Source of the DNA: Paraphysomonas bandaiensis
Taxonomy: Eukaryota > Protista > Chrysophyceae
Assembly: GCA_965644295.1 (NCBI GenBank)
Contig: CBFFRP010000425.1
Location: forward strand, 62,001 to 126,000
Reading direction: 5' to 3'
DNA: 64,000 bases
A model generated the notes under the pieces. It had not been told where the DNA came from, searched no databases, and worked only from the letters and a program-made list of their open reading frames with translations. The position numbers were made by a program, and so were the translations under genes. This document shows, piece by piece, positions 60,195 through 64,000 of the stretch (position 1 is the stretch's first letter; each line of letters begins with the position of its first letter).

Positions 60195-60521
60195 CGGTAG
60201 GTATCATATATGCGCGCAGATGTGAGCCTTGAGGACATGCATGAGTGCAGTCCCAAGTCCTCCTCTGCTCTTATGGTTCTACTCGATCTCATGATATGAG
60301 CGAGGTATATTGCATGATATCACTGTTACAGTGCATATATATCCACATATGACCCCGTATGCACCAACACTCCTCCTCTACTCTATCATATGATATCATA
60401 GGGGGGTGCTACACTGCAGACGGCGTGTCGTGCGGGTCACTGCATGTGCAGTCCTCTGACCTCCACACACGCCATTATCATATAAGTGCACATAGCGGCA
60501 TATACATATACGTGCATCAGT

Positions 60522-62232
60522 ATGTCAGGGACGTCATTGGCATACGATGCGGTTGCAGTCATCATATTCATTGTCGTGTCGTATTGTTTCTTTCTGCCGT
60601 GCAATCGACTGATCCCACTAGACAGGAGATCTGCTGCTCTCATTGGAGCCACACTCTGCTATGCAACTAGATCATTTGGTTTTCCTAGCAACAAGATGGA
60701 TATTGTTGACGCGATTGATTTCGATGTACTGGCTCTTCTTGCAGGGATAATGGCAATTAACTTTATCATGGTTCATCAAAAAGAATCTAAAAGTGTCATT
60801 CGATATGTTCAGACTCAAGTACAGAATAATCCTCGTAGTGGCTTCTGGCTAGTTTCAGTGGCAGCGTTGTCGTTATCTCCCTTTCTGACCAATGATGGCA
60901 TTTGTCTTTTATTTGTCGAGCCTATATTAAATGCATTTGAAAGTTTGAGTGACGGCAAACGGATAACGAATGGATCAAAGTTTGACCTACAGAAAGGAGA
61001 TGCATTTTATTTTTTGCTTGCACTAGCATGCTCGGCTAATATTGGAAGTTCGCTGACGTACACTGGTAATCCTCAGGTCAGTATTTTGTTCTATGGTTAT
61101 CCTTTGTCTGATGCAGTTGTAGAATATGATTGTCGGAGAGGACGCCGTGGAGGTGCTCTCCCCTGCCCGCTTTTTGCTTTACATGTGCCTTCCAACATTG
61201 ACAGCCTTTGTGGTGACGATACTTTGGATTGAGCGTTGTTGGATACGTCATCGATGCACTGTCTCTCTGCTCCAACTGGAGGCAATAGCAGGGCCAACGG
61301 AGTGTAAGAATGAATCCAATATGTTGACAGTGGTCACATCGGGTGAGCAGGACGGAAAAAAGCGCAGTAAAACACTTCTTTTATCGCCCTATCGCCGGGA
61401 GGTACATGATTCACAGAGACGGAGGAAAGCCGAAATGCCGAGACAACAGCAGAGTATGGTCAAAAGAGTAGTAAAGGTCATTGTTACGCCATTTCCTTAC
61501 GCCATGCTGCTGATAATGTCGTTGATGATTGCCATGCTTTTTGTGGATATTATGTCCATATCAGGCCTGGTGTGCCTCACCGCGGTTGTTATGGTGGTCA
61601 CTCTGGTTTTGGGCAATCATCTACAAGGCCTGCCTCTCTGGGGTGAAAGTAATGAGAGTGATCACGGGACAACAGCTGGTGTATGTTTGCGACCAATGAC
61701 AGTGAAAGAGAAAGCTGATAATGCGAATCAGTTTTTCGAAGAATTATTTGACTCTATTGACTACAACCTTCTCATGATATTTCTTGGCCTGTTCGTTGTG
61801 GTGGAAAACATTGACTCTACAGGACTTCCTCGACGGATCTGGAACAAAATCGTGGGTCGATCACCATTTGATTCTGTGTCGTCTGTTGTGGGAATATCAA
61901 TATTCATACTTGTCACATCACAGTTTTTGGGAAATGTGGCAGTTGTGCAGCTTGCTAAACCAAATGTGGAGGTGCTAGACGACGCAGAGAGAAAGTATGC
62001 CTGGGCAATGATATCTTTTGTGGCGACTGTTGGTGGAAACTTGACGATAACAGGATCTGCAGCGAATATCATTGTTGCAGAGAAGGCTAACCGTATCGAT
62101 CCTGAGAACTCCCTCGACTTCTTCAGACATTACGCGGTGTGCTTCTGGGTTACGCTACTCTCGTGCGCTTTAGGAGCCCTCATGATCACTGGCATTGTTG
62201 TTTGTGACAATGGCATGATTGATGCCTGGTAG
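60522..62232 (+). CDS. Lsi2-like (ArsB/CitMHS family) metalloid/silicon efflux transporter, 2 exons
   Basis: Exons 60522-61076 and 61123-62232. Motifs PLDRRSAALIGA, AIDFDVLALL.GIM, FLTNDGICL, LALACSANIGSSLTYTGNPQNMI, IDYNLL.IF.GLFVVV, TVGGNLTITGSAANIIVAE. Confidence 0.88.
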
Positions 62233-62856
62233 TATAAAACGAATTAATATGTTCATTAAGGTTCAAGTCTTTTGGCGGGTACAACTTTGATATTATCGAT
62301 TAAATACTATCTGTTTTGAATTACACGAATCCTTGCTTTGTCATATCGAGTTTAAGCCTCTTTTCGATACTCATATTATAACGGGTGGTATTAAATCCGA
62401 GTTTTACCACGTCACTTCGGAGTATCTAATCTAATACATGTATATTGTTGCCTTTATCTGCAGTTATTTTTTTTGTAATAACCATCTGACGTCTAATTAT
62501 TGAATAGAAAATAAAATTGTCAACAGACAAGTTGTTTTACTACTTGATGGCGTTTTGCTAGTCACCCTTGGTTGATCAGATGCTGATACTTGTATTGAGC
62601 AAATGAAGCAGAGGACTAAAAGCTTATAATACGAATCAGATACTGATGCTAATGTGCAATTATTTAGCACCAACCAAGTACATTAATCTAGTAGAAGTTA
62701 ATATTGATATATGACTCCAATATAACATCACTTTGAAAGTAAACTGTTCCACACACACTATAATATTTGCATCATCAATAACATCTAACCGAAAATAGGA
62801 AGTGCTTCATTGTGAAGGCACTGAATCCACCACTCAGCTCGAATCTAAGAACTCTA

Positions 62857-64000
62857 CTAACCCCATATTCTAAACGTAGCATCTGATGATCCGCTAACCA
62901 TAAATGCATCATTCGGAGAGAGGCCTACACATTGGACTGCATCGTCATGTCCAGTCAACTGATTTAGCACACCGAAGTTCTGTAGGTCTAAAACCTTCAC
63001 TGATCCATCGTCAGATGCACAGACAGCCCTCATTCCACTGCGATCTAGAGAAAGTTTATTTATTGGGTAAGAACCTGTTTCCACAGAACCTAGTTCAGAT
63101 ACCATTCGGATGTCCCATACCTTGACCACGCCGTCTGCATCACATGAAGCAATGGTATCTCCTCGATTGGACACGGCGAGGTCATTGCAAGAGTTGGAAT
63201 GTCCATAGAGAGTCTGCACACACAGACCAGAGCGTGCGTCCCACACAGACACAGTTTTGTCACCTGAGGCGGTACAGGCGTTATTTGAGAACGGTTGCCA
63301 CTTCACCGCATTCACACTGTCTACATGTCCTCTGAGACTCTGTCTGCAGCGACCGGATATGACGTCCCATATACGCACCGTATGATCCATAGAGCAGCTT
63401 GCAATAAAGTCTCCGCCATGATGAAACTCACATCCCCATACAGCTTGTGTGTGCTCGGTAAATGTGTGTGTGCATCGTGCTTGTGCGAACTCCCATATCT
63501 TAACAGTGCTATCGCCGGAAGAGGTGGCAAGATGTGACCCGTGTGGGTGAAAGTGCAGCCCCGAGACCCAACTTGTGTGTCCTTCCCCAGACATAACAAG
63601 ATCGCTGTCGGGAGCAGTCCACAGGCGCCAGGTTTCATCATCACTGGCAGTCGCAAAGATGGGCTTCTTTGGGTGAAAAGCAACTGCAGCTATAGAGTTC
63701 AAATGGCCTTTGTAGGTCTTCCGTGTTTTGAACTTGTTAGCTACGCATGGATCGAACTCTACCGTAGAAAAGGGATTAATAACGGAATCAGGAGGGAACA
63801 CAGCCTCCTTCCGTACAGTCCGAGTAGCACTTCGTGCTTTCGGAGTCGGTGACGTATCCTCCTCTGGTCGACTCAAGTTAGCCACCTGTTCCTCTAATAC
63901 CTTCACTTTCGCTTTCAGTCGATCGCGCTCCAATTTGATAAGCATTTTTTCTTTCAGGGCAGCCTGGTGTTTTCCTTTCAGTTCATCTATCATCGGCTCA
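62857..64000 (-). CDS. SPAG16: Flagellar central-pair WD40 protein PF20/SPAG16, 5' part outside the window
   Basis: Coiled coil (KEKMLIKLERDRLK) followed by seven WD repeats (HPKKPIFATASDDETWRLW, MSGEGHTSWVSG, LRGHVDSVN, SGDKTVSVWDARSGLCVQTLYGH). Confidence 0.88.
   Translation of the reverse strand, partial: EPMIDELKGKHQAALKEKMLIKLERDRLKAKVKVLEEQVANLSRPEEDTSPTPKARSATRTVRKEAVFPPDSVINPFSTVEFDPCVANKFKTRKTYKGHLNSIAAVAFHPKKPIFATASDDETWRLWTAPDSDLVMSGEGHTSWVSGLHFHPHGSHLATSSGDSTVKIWEFAQARCTHTFTEHTQAVWGCEFHHGGDFIASCSMDHTVRIWDVISGRCRQSLRGHVDSVNAVKWQPFSNNACTASGDKTVSVWDARSGLCVQTLYGHSNSCNDLAVSNRGDTIASCDADGVVKVWDIRMVSELGSVETGSYPINKLSLDRSGMRAVCASDDGSVKVLDLQNFGVLNQLTGHDDAVQCVGLSPNDAFMVSGSSDATFRIWG

Overview
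Eukaryotic nuclear DNA, not prokaryotic: gene-dense, with short (~45-95 nt) GT-AG introns. It probably comes from a flagellated stramenopile-like protist (PF20/SPAG16, Lsi2-type transporter, fused nitrile hydratase, REJ-type fragment); the taxonomy is an inference. About 19 protein genes are supportable: WD40 protein (partial), fused beta-alpha Co-type nitrile hydratase, DUF938 methyltransferase, a 4x SH3b-like protein, RING/U-box protein, ALDH, ZGPAT-like, AlaX, GnT-I, a secreted Cys-rich protein, metallophosphoesterase, threonine dehydrogenase, UCH37, a BNR-repeat protein, PRP8, a PG-rich repeat protein, a SAM-domain protein, Lsi2-like transporter and PF20 (partial). Also present are an internally deleted pogo-type transposon, 61-bp hAT-like mini-elements, a 777-bp tandem duplication and several simple repeats. 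Two features stand out. (1) A 132-bp x19 array whose unit is a complete 54-nt intron plus a symmetric 78-nt exon, inside the SH3b-like gene. (2) Near-strict -/+ alternation of genes into head-to-head pairs whose shared upstream regions are built from alternating purine/pyrimidine simple sequence. Exon boundaries were read by eye and no database searches were run.
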